64,000 nucleotides of DNA from contig CAZYTX010000014.1 in assembly GCA_964650485.1 (NCBI GenBank), forward strand, positions 3,890 through 67,889, written 5' to 3'. The notes beneath the pieces were generated by a model. That model was not told the DNA's origin and ran no database searches. It was given only the letters and a program-made list of their open reading frames with translations. The stretch comes from an uncultured bacterium. GTDB lineage: Bacteria; RBG-13-61-14; DATKZS01. Made by a program: the position numbers and the translations under genes. This document shows, in pieces, positions 36,854 through 45,266 of this stretch (within the stretch, counting starts at the first letter, position 1; each line of letters begins with the position of its first letter).

Positions 36854-37522
36854 TCAGTCTTTTTTTGTCCACTCCCCGCCGGACTCGATCCTTTTCTTTA
36901 TGTTCAGCACCACCGCGGGGAGGTCCCTGGATGTGATATACTTTTGTATGAAACCCGGGACCATGAGCCCGGTGTCAACCTTGGTGGCAGCGTAGGTGAA
37001 AAGACAGCGGTCCTTGTCAATCTTGTCGAAGTCGAAGAAGCCCGCGGTGTCCTTTATGTCGTGCTTGTAGTCCTTGTCCATTTTGAAGTCCACCCGGTGC
37101 TTTTCCGGATCAATGTCGTAGCGCACCACGTACTCGACCTCCACCAGGTAGAAGTCGAACACCTTGTGCACCAGGGCCCAGCCCTCGCCACTTTTTATGA
37201 CCTCGCTCGCGGTCTTTCGGGGGAAGTAGCGGTGGTGCTTGTCAAACTCGCAGAACATGTCAAAGCTCTTGTCCACGGGCGCGTTGATTATGGCCGAGGA
37301 CTGGGCGTGGCCGTGGATATTTCCGTCCGGGCCCTTTTTCTGCACGTGCTCGAATACGGCATCACCCGCCTTTAACTTCTTTTGTTGCTCGGCCGAGAAC
37401 CTCTCAAGCGGGTCCTTGTCCTGTTTCTGCTGCTCTGGAGAATCGCTCCCCGCAGCAGCGGTCAATAAAACCAGCAGCAGGGAAACCGCCAAAACATGCA
37501 TCCTGTACGTTTTCATCTTCAC
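36854..37522 (-). CDS. Secreted SRPBCC/START-like protein (tentative)
   Basis: 222 aa with signal peptide MHVLAVSLLLVLLTAAAG. The mixed beta/alpha body has spacing typical of the polyketide-cyclase/START superfamily. It starts 2 nt after the upstream gene's stop. Confidence 0.5.
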   Translation of the reverse strand: MKMKTYRMHVLAVSLLLVLLTAAAGSDSPEQQKQDKDPLERFSAEQQKKLKAGDAVFEHVQKKGPDGNIHGHAQSSAIINAPVDKSFDMFCEFDKHHRYFPRKTASEVIKSGEGWALVHKVFDFYLVEVEYVVRYDIDPEKHRVDFKMDKDYKHDIKDTAGFFDFDKIDKDRCLFTYAATKVDTGLMVPGFIQKYITSRDLPAVVLNIKKRIESGGEWTKKD

Positions 37523-37523
37523 C

Positions 37524-39050
37524 TCAAATGCTTATGGGATACTTGCCGTACCTCTTTGCAGCCTCCACCATGGCGCGGTAGTTCTCGGGCTTTACGTAGT
37601 CGGGTATGGAGTTGGATGCCGCGAGCCCGTACCCGCCTCCCGGGGCCAGCTCCTTGATCCTCTTTTTCACCTGGGCCTCCACGTCCTCTTTTGTGCCCAG
37701 GGTAAGGGTGTGGTCAAGGTCAATGTTCCCGAATATGCAGAACCTGTCCCCGTAGCGCCTTTTCACCTCCACTATGTCCATGGCCTGCGGCTCGATGGGG
37801 TGTATGGCCCGCACCCCGCAGTCGGCCAGGTCGTCCAGCACGTCCCACAGCCTTCCGTCCGAGTGGAATATAAAGGGAAGTCCGGCGTTTGCCAGAACCT
37901 CGCCTATCTTCTTGTACCACGGGAACACGTACTTCTTATACACCTCGGGCGAGACCAGTGGGCCGCCCGTATGCGCCAGGTCGTCGGACATGAACACCGC
38001 GCCCAGGGCCGGCACCGTCACCAGCCTCTTGGCGATCCTCAAGTAGGTGCTCCCTATAATCTCGAACAGGGCCTCCACCACCCGGGTGTCGTCGAACAGC
38101 GCATAGGAGAAGTTCTGCAGGCCCATTGACTGCGAGGTGTTCCCGAACACCGCCGCGGGTGAGAGCATGCCCATGATCCTCATCTTTTCCGGGATCAGCT
38201 CGGCCATCTCGTAGAAAGAGGAGAAGTCCACCTCGTCGGCACTTGGCCAGGGAAACTTCTCCACGTCCGCCATGGTCTTTATTATGCCCTCGCTCTCGGT
38301 GAGCCAGGCACGCTCCCGGTCGGCGTCCGACAAGCTGCCGTCTCCCTCGGAAGCGCTGCGCATGAGCCGGGGCGTGAAAAAGGGCGGCAGCACAGGCACA
38401 AAGTCGTAGCCCGCCCTTATGTAGAACTCGACCTCGTCAAGGGCGCTGTTTATCTCGCGGCCCAGGAACCACTCTTGTATGGGGATCGCTATCTCGGCCT
38501 CGAAAAGCGGCACGCGGTCGGCCTCCTCCCGGTCAAGGGCCGTCCTGAGCCTTGTAAAGTCAGGGTCAAGGGGCACGCCGCCAAGCTTGCCCTCAACCTC
38601 GATGCGCCGGGCACGGGCTTTCCTGCCGCCTCCCAGAAAACCCTGTTTCAAGCGGCCCCACAGGGACGGCGCCTCGGCCTCGCCCATCATGTCGCTCACC
38701 TTGAGGGTGGCCCCTCCGTACTCGTTGGTTATGAAGCTGATCTTGATAACGTGCTTGCCCTGCGAGAGCTTCTCGCCCGCCACACGGATGAAGAGCTTCG
38801 AGTCCTTGGCAAAGTTCACCTGCTCTGAAAGCTCGTCCCCGGAAAGGCTGATGGCCTTTTCGCCGAGTGCAAGCTCGATACTTTCAGGGGGATATCGTTT
38901 CCCGTCAACCTCCAGCATCATTCCTCTCATGCCGCTGATGCGCATGGGGGTCATGGTGTTTGTAAAGCAGAACTCAAAGCCGTCCTCCGTATTCTTCAGG
39001 CTGCCTTGCTCGTAAACCTTGTTGACCAGGAATCCGGGTATGTATACCAT
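37524..39050 (-). CDS. Uroporphyrinogen-decarboxylase (URO-D/MtaA)-family protein with an unassigned ~170-aa N-terminal domain
   Basis: The C-terminal ~340 aa contain FMSDDLAHTGGPLVSPEVYKKYVFPWYKKI...IFHSDGRLWDVLDDLADCGVRAIHPIEP. The start is either the ATG at 39050 (MVYIPGF) or the listed one at 39110. Confidence 0.72.
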   Translation of the reverse strand: MVYIPGFLVNKVYEQGSLKNTEDGFEFCFTNTMTPMRISGMRGMMLEVDGKRYPPESIELALGEKAISLSGDELSEQVNFAKDSKLFIRVAGEKLSQGKHVIKISFITNEYGGATLKVSDMMGEAEAPSLWGRLKQGFLGGGRKARARRIEVEGKLGGVPLDPDFTRLRTALDREEADRVPLFEAEIAIPIQEWFLGREINSALDEVEFYIRAGYDFVPVLPPFFTPRLMRSASEGDGSLSDADRERAWLTESEGIIKTMADVEKFPWPSADEVDFSSFYEMAELIPEKMRIMGMLSPAAVFGNTSQSMGLQNFSYALFDDTRVVEALFEIIGSTYLRIAKRLVTVPALGAVFMSDDLAHTGGPLVSPEVYKKYVFPWYKKIGEVLANAGLPFIFHSDGRLWDVLDDLADCGVRAIHPIEPQAMDIVEVKRRYGDRFCIFGNIDLDHTLTLGTKEDVEAQVKKRIKELAPGGGYGLAASNSIPDYVKPENYRAMVEAAKRYGKYPISI

Positions 39051-39193
39051 CTCTTTTACCCCCGCCCGCTCTTGCGGGCTTTTGAAAATAAGTCCCTTGC
39101 AGGTTAACAAAGCCTAGCGCGCGGAAAAAAGCCTGTCAAGCAGAATATGGCCGGAGGGTATTCAAAAAAAGCAAGTATGTTATAATCTGTGTC

Positions 39194-39432
39194 ATGGACA
39201 GGATTGAGCGGCTGAAAAAAAGGCTGGTCGAGGGCCCTTTGAGTTGTGCCCTGAGCGGGCCCTGCTTTGGACCGAGTCCTTCCAGCGCACCGAGGGGCAG
39301 CCGCGGGTAAAGCGCAACGCAAAGACGCTCTATCACCTGCTCGCGAACATGACCATCTTTATTCGCGATGACGAGTTGACCGCCGGGAAGAGGACTGCAC
39401 ACGGCTGCGAGGTCAATACCGATAAAACCTGA
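39194..39432 (+). pseudogene. Frameshifted, 3'-truncated N-terminal fragment of a glycyl radical enzyme (PFL2/glycerol-dehydratase-like)
   Basis: MDRIERLKKRLVEG in one frame continues as (PFE)LCPERALLWTESFQRTEGQPRVKRNAKTLYHLLANMTIFIRDDELTAG in another. This matches the conserved GRE N-terminus ...ERAxLxTESFKxTEGQP...RDxELIVG. Only about 75 of roughly 800 codons remain. Confidence 0.6.
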
Positions 39433-39515
39433 GCGAGGGCAACGATTAAGTGCCTGCCCGGCAGTAATATCAGCTTATATACATAAAATGCACCAGAACA
39501 TGCATGCGGAAAGGC

Positions 39516-39602
39516 TGGTGCCGGGGGTGGGAATCGAACCCACACGAAGCAAGCTCCACGGGATTTTGAGTCCCGCGCGTCTACCAGTTCCGCCACCCCG
39601 GC
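39516..39602 (-). tRNA. tRNA-Leu (anticodon CAA), CCA encoded
   Basis: The minus strand reads GCCGGGGTGGCGGAACTGGTAGACGCGCGGGACTCAAAATCCCGTGGAGCTTGCTTCGTGTGGGTTCGATTCCCACCCCCGGCACCA. It has a 7-bp acceptor stem, anticodon loop CUCAAAA, a long variable arm and a GTTCGATTC T-loop. Confidence 0.95.
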
Positions 39603-39921
39603 TTCCTTTAAAATCAACCAGTTATGAGCTTCCGGGCTGCCCGGGTTTTTGAAATGTTCCAACTTTTTCATAAAACCCCCACAGCCTTCAAAAGATCATC
39701 TGCCGATATGGTATCATGTCTCCTTAAACATTCAAGCGTTTGGTGTCATCATCCTCAATTGGCTTTGTTCGATACTTGAAAAATGGGTGATCTTCACGAC
39801 ATTTTCTTCTTCAAAGCTCTCGGCGCCGACCAGGACGAACACCACCGGAAACTTGGAAAGGATGCGGGGACATTTTAAGGGGTGTCGGCTCGGCGGTCAA
39901 TCAGGGGCCTGACGCACTCTT

Positions 39922-40176
39922 TTTTTATTTCACGCAAAGATGCAAATTTGAATCCACCGTAATGACATTTACATTCTTCGCGCCATTTATTAGAACCGGT
40001 TTCATGACCTCGAAAAGGCTCTGGTCGTAACGCCGCTTGCCAGACGGCAGCTTGATTTTAAGCCGGCAAGCTGCCGGCGCTACTTCTATAGTCCACCCAC
40101 AAGAAGGTTATGAAACCGGCTATAGCCTTCTTCTATGTCCTCTCAGTGCCCTCTGCGCCTCTGCGTGAAATAAAAA
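39922..40176. repeat. 255-bp MITE-like nested palindrome with about 22-nt terminal inverted repeats
   Basis: The left end is TTTTTATTTCACGCAAAGATGCAAA. The reverse complement of the right end is TTTTTATTTCACGCAGAGGCGCAGAG. Inner inverted pairs are AACCGGTTTCAT (39994) with ATGAAACCGG (40110), and GGCAGCTTG (40046) with CAAGCTGCC (40067). Confidence 0.65.
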
Positions 40177-40197
40177 CTTTGGCCAAAATGCACCTGT

Positions 40198-41667
40198 TTA
40201 CGGTCCCAGGTACCCCTGCACCAGGCCCAGCGATATGAAAGGAACGTAGGTGATAAAAATGATAGCAATAAACATCGCCACATAAAAGGGCCACACTGAC
40301 CGGGAGACCGTCTCGATGTTGCTCTCGCCCACTGCGCAGCCCACGAAGAGCACGCTCCCCACCGGGGGGGTGCAAAGGCCCAGCCCCAGGTTGGCTATCA
40401 TGATGATGCCGAAGTGCACCGGGTCCACACCGATGTGCCCGGCCACGGGCAGCAGTATAGGCGTTAGTATAATGATAAGCGGGGCCATGTCCATGATGGC
40501 GCCCAGCATGAGCAGCATGAGGTTTATGAAAAGGAGCAGCAGGTACTTGTTCTCGGTGATGGAGAGCAAAAGCCCGGTGGCGGCCTCGGGCACGTGCAGC
40601 CGGGTGAGGCAGTAGCCGAAGGCGGTGGCGTTTCCGATCAGCCACATGACCATGACTATGACCTTCATGGCCTGCAGGGCCACCCTGGGGTAGTCCCTGA
40701 TGGATGTGTCCCTGTAGAGCAGCGCGAAGATCACGAAGTTCACCAGTATGGCCCACACCACAGCGATCACCGATGACTCGATGGCGGTGAACCAGCCGAA
40801 CACTATCCCGCCCACGATGATGAAGGGGCTTATTATGGGCAGCGCCGCGTCGCGCACCACCGCGATCACGCCTTTGAGCCCGGCCGCGCCGCGCCTGTTG
40901 TACACCCTGAGCCCGAGGAGGACGAAGAGGGCCGCGATGACTGCCGCGGCAATATAAGCTCCGATCCAGCCCTTGTGCACCCCGTAGAAGACCGCGGTGG
41001 AGACCAGCACGGCGCCTGCGAACTCGGCCACCGCTGTCTTGAGGGGCAGGTCGGACTCGCGGCCGTAGCCCCTCCTCACGGCGATGATGACCGCGACGGT
41101 TATGAGGGAGAGCCCCACCAGCACGCCGGGCACTATCCCGGCGATGAACAGTGCCTCGATGCTGGCCGCGCCCCCGGCTGCCAGCGAGTATATGATGGCG
41201 TTGTGGCTGGGCGGTATGAGCAGACCCTGTGTGGAGCCGGTGATGGTCACGCTCACCGAGTAGCCGCGTTCGCTTCCCTTTTCCACCATGGATGGTATGA
41301 GGGTGGCGCCCACCGCGGAGGTCGCGGCCACCGCGGAGCCGGAGATGGCCCCGAAGAACATGGATGACACTATGTTCACCACCGCGAGCCCGCCCGGCAG
41401 CCAGCCCACGAACAGGGACGCCAGGTCAACCATCTTGCGGGCCATGCCCCCCTGTGACATGACCGCGCCGGCCAATACGAAGAAGGGTATGGCCAGCAGC
41501 GAGTCCTTGTCCATGCCCGAGAAGATGAGCTGGGCCGTGACCACCGGGTCAATGCCCATGACCGCCATGGTGATGAGAGAGCTTATGCCCAGTGCGAAGG
41601 AGATGGGCACGCGCAGCCCCACCATGAGCATGAAGCTGGCCACAAGCAGGACGGCCTCAGCAGGCAT
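40198..41667 (-). CDS. dctM: TRAP transporter large permease subunit
   Basis: 489 aa and polytopic. LRVPISFALGISS...LLAIPFFVLAG...GGLAVVNIVSSMFFGAISGSAVAATSAVG is typical DctM. Confidence 0.88.
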   Translation of the reverse strand: MPAEAVLLVASFMLMVGLRVPISFALGISSLITMAVMGIDPVVTAQLIFSGMDKDSLLAIPFFVLAGAVMSQGGMARKMVDLASLFVGWLPGGLAVVNIVSSMFFGAISGSAVAATSAVGATLIPSMVEKGSERGYSVSVTITGSTQGLLIPPSHNAIIYSLAAGGAASIEALFIAGIVPGVLVGLSLITVAVIIAVRRGYGRESDLPLKTAVAEFAGAVLVSTAVFYGVHKGWIGAYIAAAVIAALFVLLGLRVYNRRGAAGLKGVIAVVRDAALPIISPFIIVGGIVFGWFTAIESSVIAVVWAILVNFVIFALLYRDTSIRDYPRVALQAMKVIVMVMWLIGNATAFGYCLTRLHVPEAATGLLLSITENKYLLLLFINLMLLMLGAIMDMAPLIIILTPILLPVAGHIGVDPVHFGIIMIANLGLGLCTPPVGSVLFVGCAVGESNIETVSRSVWPFYVAMFIAIIFITYVPFISLGLVQGYLGP

Positions 41668-42154
41668 CCGCCGCCTCGTCGGGCCTGCCCCTTATGTCGG
41701 CCAGTATGTGCTCCAGCGCCGCCAGGACCAGGAGCAGGCCGGTAAGAGGGAGGGGGATGTATGATACGCCCACCGGGATGCCGGTCCCTGGCAATGACTG
41801 GCCCATGAACTCTTTTGCCACCACCGAGCCGGCCAGAAGCAGGAACACGGAGAAAACAAGGATCAACAGGTCAACGCCCAGAAGTATCCATCTCCTCTTT
41901 TTCGGAAAGACAAAGTCCACCAGAAACTCCAGGGTGATGTGGCCCCGCTCGCGGTGCAGCACCGCGGAGCCCAGGCAACCCATCCACACCATGGAAAGAA
42001 GCACCAGCTCCTTTGACCAGGCCGGGGTATCGCCGGTTATGCTGCGAAGCGATATCTCGTAAGACTCGACCACCACCATCACGCTGAGCAGCACCACCGT
42101 GGTCCAGCGGAACACCGCGAACAGGGGATTTATGGCTTTTGCAAAGCGATCCAT
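41657..42154 (-). CDS. dctQ: TRAP transporter small permease subunit
   Basis: 165 aa from the ATG at 42154, with four TM helices and an 11-nt overlap with dctM. The listed start at 42340 lies inside moxR and gives a Gly/Pro/Arg-rich artefact. Confidence 0.78.
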   Translation of the reverse strand: MDRFAKAINPLFAVFRWTTVVLLSVMVVVESYEISLRSITGDTPAWSKELVLLSMVWMGCLGSAVLHRERGHITLEFLVDFVFPKKRRWILLGVDLLILVFSVFLLLAGSVVAKEFMGQSLPGTGIPVGVSYIPLPLTGLLLVLAALEHILADIRGRPDEAADAC

Positions 42155-42165
42155 GTGCAAGGGAC

Positions 42166-43113
42166 TCAATAAGGCGCCGGGACTTCTTCCAGGACCTCTT
42201 CCACCACCTCGCGGGCCGCGTGCCTCTTCTCCTCGGCCTGGCCCGGGCCGGAGACTATTACGCGGTGGCCCAGCACTGCCGCGGCCAGGGCCTTTACGTC
42301 GTCGGGCAGGCAGAAGTCGCGGCCCTGGACCAGGGCCCATGACCTGGCGGCCTGGGCAAGCCCCAGGGACCCGCGGGGGCTGGCCCCCAGCCGCAGCCTG
42401 TCATGGGACCGGGTGCGTCCGGCTATCTCCAGGATGTAGTCAACGATCTCGGGCGCTATCTTGACCCGGTCGGCCCGCTCCTGCCATAGGACCACCTCGT
42501 CGGCGTCCATCACCGGCTTGAAGTCCGGGGGCAAGGACTCCGGCCTACTGCGGGAGATTATCTCCCGCTCGGAATCCATGGCCGGGTACCCCACCTGTAT
42601 GCTCATGAGGAACCGGTCGAGCTGGCTGTCGGGCAGAGGGTACGACCCGTGGTGCTCCAGCGGGTTCTCGGTGGCTATCACCATGAATGGCCGGGGCAGG
42701 AAGATGGTCTCGCCCTCGATGGTCACTTGGGACTCGTTCATGGCCTCCAAAAGCGCGCTCTGGGTGCGGGGGGTGGTGCGGTTGATCTCGTCGGCGAGCA
42801 CGAAGGAATTGAATATGGGGCCGGGCATGAACCTGAACTCTCCCCTGTCGGGCTCGTACACCTTGATGCCCAGGATGTCCGAGGGCAAAAGGTCGGAGGT
42901 GAACTGGATGCGCCTGAAAGAGCTCTTCACCCCCGCGGCGAGGGTGCGGGCCAGGGTGGTCTTGCCCACCCCGGGTATGTCCTCGATGAGCACGTGTCCC
43001 CTGGCCAGCAGCGCGGCCACCACCATGCGCACGACCTGCTCCTTGCCCAGGATCACCCGGGAGACCGATGATACAAGATGGTCCATGCGCTCTCTCGCGG
43101 CCTCGGCTTGCAT
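42166..43113 (-). CDS. moxR: MoxR-family AAA+ ATPase
   Basis: GHVLIEDIPGVGKTTLARTLA, LADEINRTTPRTQSALLEAMNE, VIATENPLE. The start is the ATG at 43113 or the listed TTG at 43128, directly after the upstream stop. Confidence 0.88.
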   Translation of the reverse strand: MQAEAARERMDHLVSSVSRVILGKEQVVRMVVAALLARGHVLIEDIPGVGKTTLARTLAAGVKSSFRRIQFTSDLLPSDILGIKVYEPDRGEFRFMPGPIFNSFVLADEINRTTPRTQSALLEAMNESQVTIEGETIFLPRPFMVIATENPLEHHGSYPLPDSQLDRFLMSIQVGYPAMDSEREIISRSRPESLPPDFKPVMDADEVVLWQERADRVKIAPEIVDYILEIAGRTRSHDRLRLGASPRGSLGLAQAARSWALVQGRDFCLPDDVKALAAAVLGHRVIVSGPGQAEEKRHAAREVVEEVLEEVPAPY

Positions 43114-43128
43114 CTCTTTTTTTTTCAA

Positions 43129-44139
43129 TTATCCGCCTTTTTCTCCCGTTTTTTTAGCTACGTCCCCGGAGGTCAGGTAGTCTCCCTTCTTTCTGGCACG
43201 CGCTCTTTTTTCCTCGTGCCTTTTCCTGCCCAGGATGTCGTCGGTGGTGCCGTCGGGCCTCCTCCTCCACCGGTTGTGGGCCCACAGCCACTGCTCGGGG
43301 AACTCCCTTATTGCCCTCTCCACCTCGCTTGCAATGGCCTGGGTCACTATCCTGTTGTTCTCCTGGGGGTCGTCGGTGAGTTCGAATCGGAGCGGCTCTT
43401 TGAAGATGGCGCGGAAGTGGCCGGGCCTGGTCCTCGGTATCCAGTATGGTATCAGGGGGATGTCGCTCTTCCAGGCCAGGTAGCCCGGGACCACGTGGGT
43501 GAGGGCCTTCCTCCCGAAGAAGTCCACGAATATGCCCTGCGAGTGCCTGGACTCCTGGTCCATGTAAAGCCCGATCAGCTCTCCCCTTGCCGCGGCCTCC
43601 TCGATCCTCCTGCCCGTGCCGCTGGTGGTGATGATCTTTCCGCCGAACTTTGCGGCCACGTACTCGAACAGCTCCTGCATCCTCGGGTTCCGAAGCGGCC
43701 TTGCCAGCATGTTGAAGCCCGGCACCTGGGGGAACCTGTACACCACCGAGGCCATGGAGGTCCACCCTCCGAGGTGTCCGCCGAACACGAAGAACCCTCT
43801 TCCCTCTTCCGCCAGCCTGTCAATAATCTCCGCACCCTCGATTTGAAAGTGTTTCTCCCAGTCCTTGTATATGGAATCCATGTGTATCATCTCGACCATG
43901 GAGAGCATCAGGCTCTCGAAAGACCTCCTGGCTATCTCCTTCCTGCGCTCCGGTGTGGTCTCGCGGCCCAGGGCCAGCTCCAGGTTGTGAAGGGCCAGAC
44001 GCCTCCTGCCGGGCGCAATGTAATAGGCGGCCCTGCCAAGGTTTTTGGCAAACCAGAACGACAGCCGCATGGGCGCCACCCTGGCCGCGAGCATGACCCC
44101 CCTTATTACCGAGTACACTAATACGTTTATGAGCCTCAC
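43129..44139 (-). CDS. Lipid A biosynthesis (LpxL/HtrB-family) acyltransferase with a basic C-terminal tail
   Basis: N-terminal TM, FVFGGHLGGWT (the H-x4-acidic-like region of lysophospholipid acyltransferases), and FPEQWLWAHNRWRR. It has a 4-nt overlap with lpxK. Confidence 0.78.
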   Translation of the reverse strand: MRLINVLVYSVIRGVMLAARVAPMRLSFWFAKNLGRAAYYIAPGRRRLALHNLELALGRETTPERRKEIARRSFESLMLSMVEMIHMDSIYKDWEKHFQIEGAEIIDRLAEEGRGFFVFGGHLGGWTSMASVVYRFPQVPGFNMLARPLRNPRMQELFEYVAAKFGGKIITTSGTGRRIEEAAARGELIGLYMDQESRHSQGIFVDFFGRKALTHVVPGYLAWKSDIPLIPYWIPRTRPGHFRAIFKEPLRFELTDDPQENNRIVTQAIASEVERAIREFPEQWLWAHNRWRRRPDGTTDDILGRKRHEEKRARARKKGDYLTSGDVAKKTGEKGG

Positions 44140-45245
44140 GCCGCGGGCTCCTCCTCCCCCACGAAGCGCCGGATCAGCTTCAAAAGCTCTTCCTCCGCGC
44201 CGTGGAAGTCGGGCTCCACCTTGAGCACGTCCAGGGGAGTGCGCCCCGCCCAGCCGGGCCTGATCTTCACCGCGTCCTTTTCAGTGGTGATGAGACGCTG
44301 TGCGCCGCAGCGCCCGGCCGCCGCGGCCAGGGCCTCGATATCGGCGCGGGTGTATGGATGGTGGTCTTTGAAGACCTCGCTTCCCCTGACCTCCACCCCG
44401 GCCTCCTCCAGGGTGTTTAAGAACCCCTGGGGGGTGCCGATCCCGCAGAACGCGAACGAGGACTGGTTGAGAGGCCTTATTTGATCGCCCTGGATGGATG
44501 TTATCCCCCTGATCTTCAGCCGCATGGGGAACACGGGCGCCTCCGGACACACCCTTTCCATCCACTCCCACCTTGGCGTGTCGGGGGAGTCGGCCCGGGA
44601 GAGCACTATGGCGTGGGCGCTCGCCGCCGCGGTCAAGGGCTCCCTCAGCGGCCCCCGGGGCAGCAAGTAATGCTTTGCGGGGTCGTCTTTCGAGTCCAGC
44701 ACTATTATGTCCATGTCCCTCTCCAGCGCGAGGTGCTGGAACCCGTCGTCCAGCACCAGGTGGGTGGCGCCGAATGATTTAATCGCGGTCTCGCAGGCTC
44801 TTGTCCTGTCTTTGCCTGCCACCACCGGCACCCCGGGCAAATGAGATGCCAGCATCACCGGCTCGTCGCCGGCAAGCTCCGGGCTCGATATGTTTCCCCT
44901 TCCATCGGACACGACCATTGGCCCGGCCGCGCTTCCCTTGTACCCCCTGCATATGAGGGCGCTTTTCATCCCGTTCTCGAACAGCTTCCTCGCCGTCCAT
45001 TCCGCCAGCGGGGTCTTGCCGACGCCGCCCACTGTGATGTTCCCGGCCACTATCACCCTGGCGCCCACCCGGCTTCTTGCCAGCAGTCCTCTTTGAAAGG
45101 CCCTGCGCCGGGCAATGACCGCGGCGTTGTAGATGCCGGACAGGATCAGAAGCGGGGCCCGGAGTCCCCTTGCCAAGAGTGACCCTTCCCCCTTCCTGGT
45201 CCATACGCGCTCTTCAGGCCTTCTCTGCCACACTTCACCACTCAC
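44136..45245 (-). CDS. lpxK: Tetraacyldisaccharide 4'-kinase
   Basis: P-loop VAGNITVGGVGKTPLAEW and DDGFQH. Confidence 0.9.
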   Translation of the reverse strand: MSGEVWQRRPEERVWTRKGEGSLLARGLRAPLLILSGIYNAAVIARRRAFQRGLLARSRVGARVIVAGNITVGGVGKTPLAEWTARKLFENGMKSALICRGYKGSAAGPMVVSDGRGNISSPELAGDEPVMLASHLPGVPVVAGKDRTRACETAIKSFGATHLVLDDGFQHLALERDMDIIVLDSKDDPAKHYLLPRGPLREPLTAAASAHAIVLSRADSPDTPRWEWMERVCPEAPVFPMRLKIRGITSIQGDQIRPLNQSSFAFCGIGTPQGFLNTLEEAGVEVRGSEVFKDHHPYTRADIEALAAAAGRCGAQRLITTEKDAVKIRPGWAGRTPLDVLKVEPDFHGAEEELLKLIRRFVGEEEPAA

Positions 45246-45266
45246 ACCTCGCCCCTCAAACCTTGT

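Noticed and set aside
39333-39671. A 112-aa minus-strand ORF.
   Set aside because: It runs straight through the tRNA-Leu gene, and its middle is simply the translated tRNA.
39649-39912. An 87-aa plus-strand ORF and a short minus-strand frame (KFPVVFVLVGAESFEEENVVKITHF...) in the AT-rich stretch upstream of tRNA-Leu, considered as gene remnants.
   Set aside because: They are too short, interrupted by stops and without recognisable motifs. I cannot support a call without a database search.
39100-40200. Searched by eye around tRNA-Leu for an integrase gene or a duplicated tRNA 3' segment (att site) that would define a genomic island.
   Set aside because: I saw neither. Only the GRE remnant and the MITE-like element are present, so I report a scar rather than an island. 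A computational repeat search could still find an att copy that I missed.
43117-43125. A T9 (A9 on the coding strand) homopolymer at the lpxL-stop/moxR-start junction, considered as a phase-variation tract.
   Set aside because: It lies between the lpxL stop and the probable moxR ATG at 43113, or encodes KKK if the TTG start is used. A single tract is not evidence of slippage-based switching.
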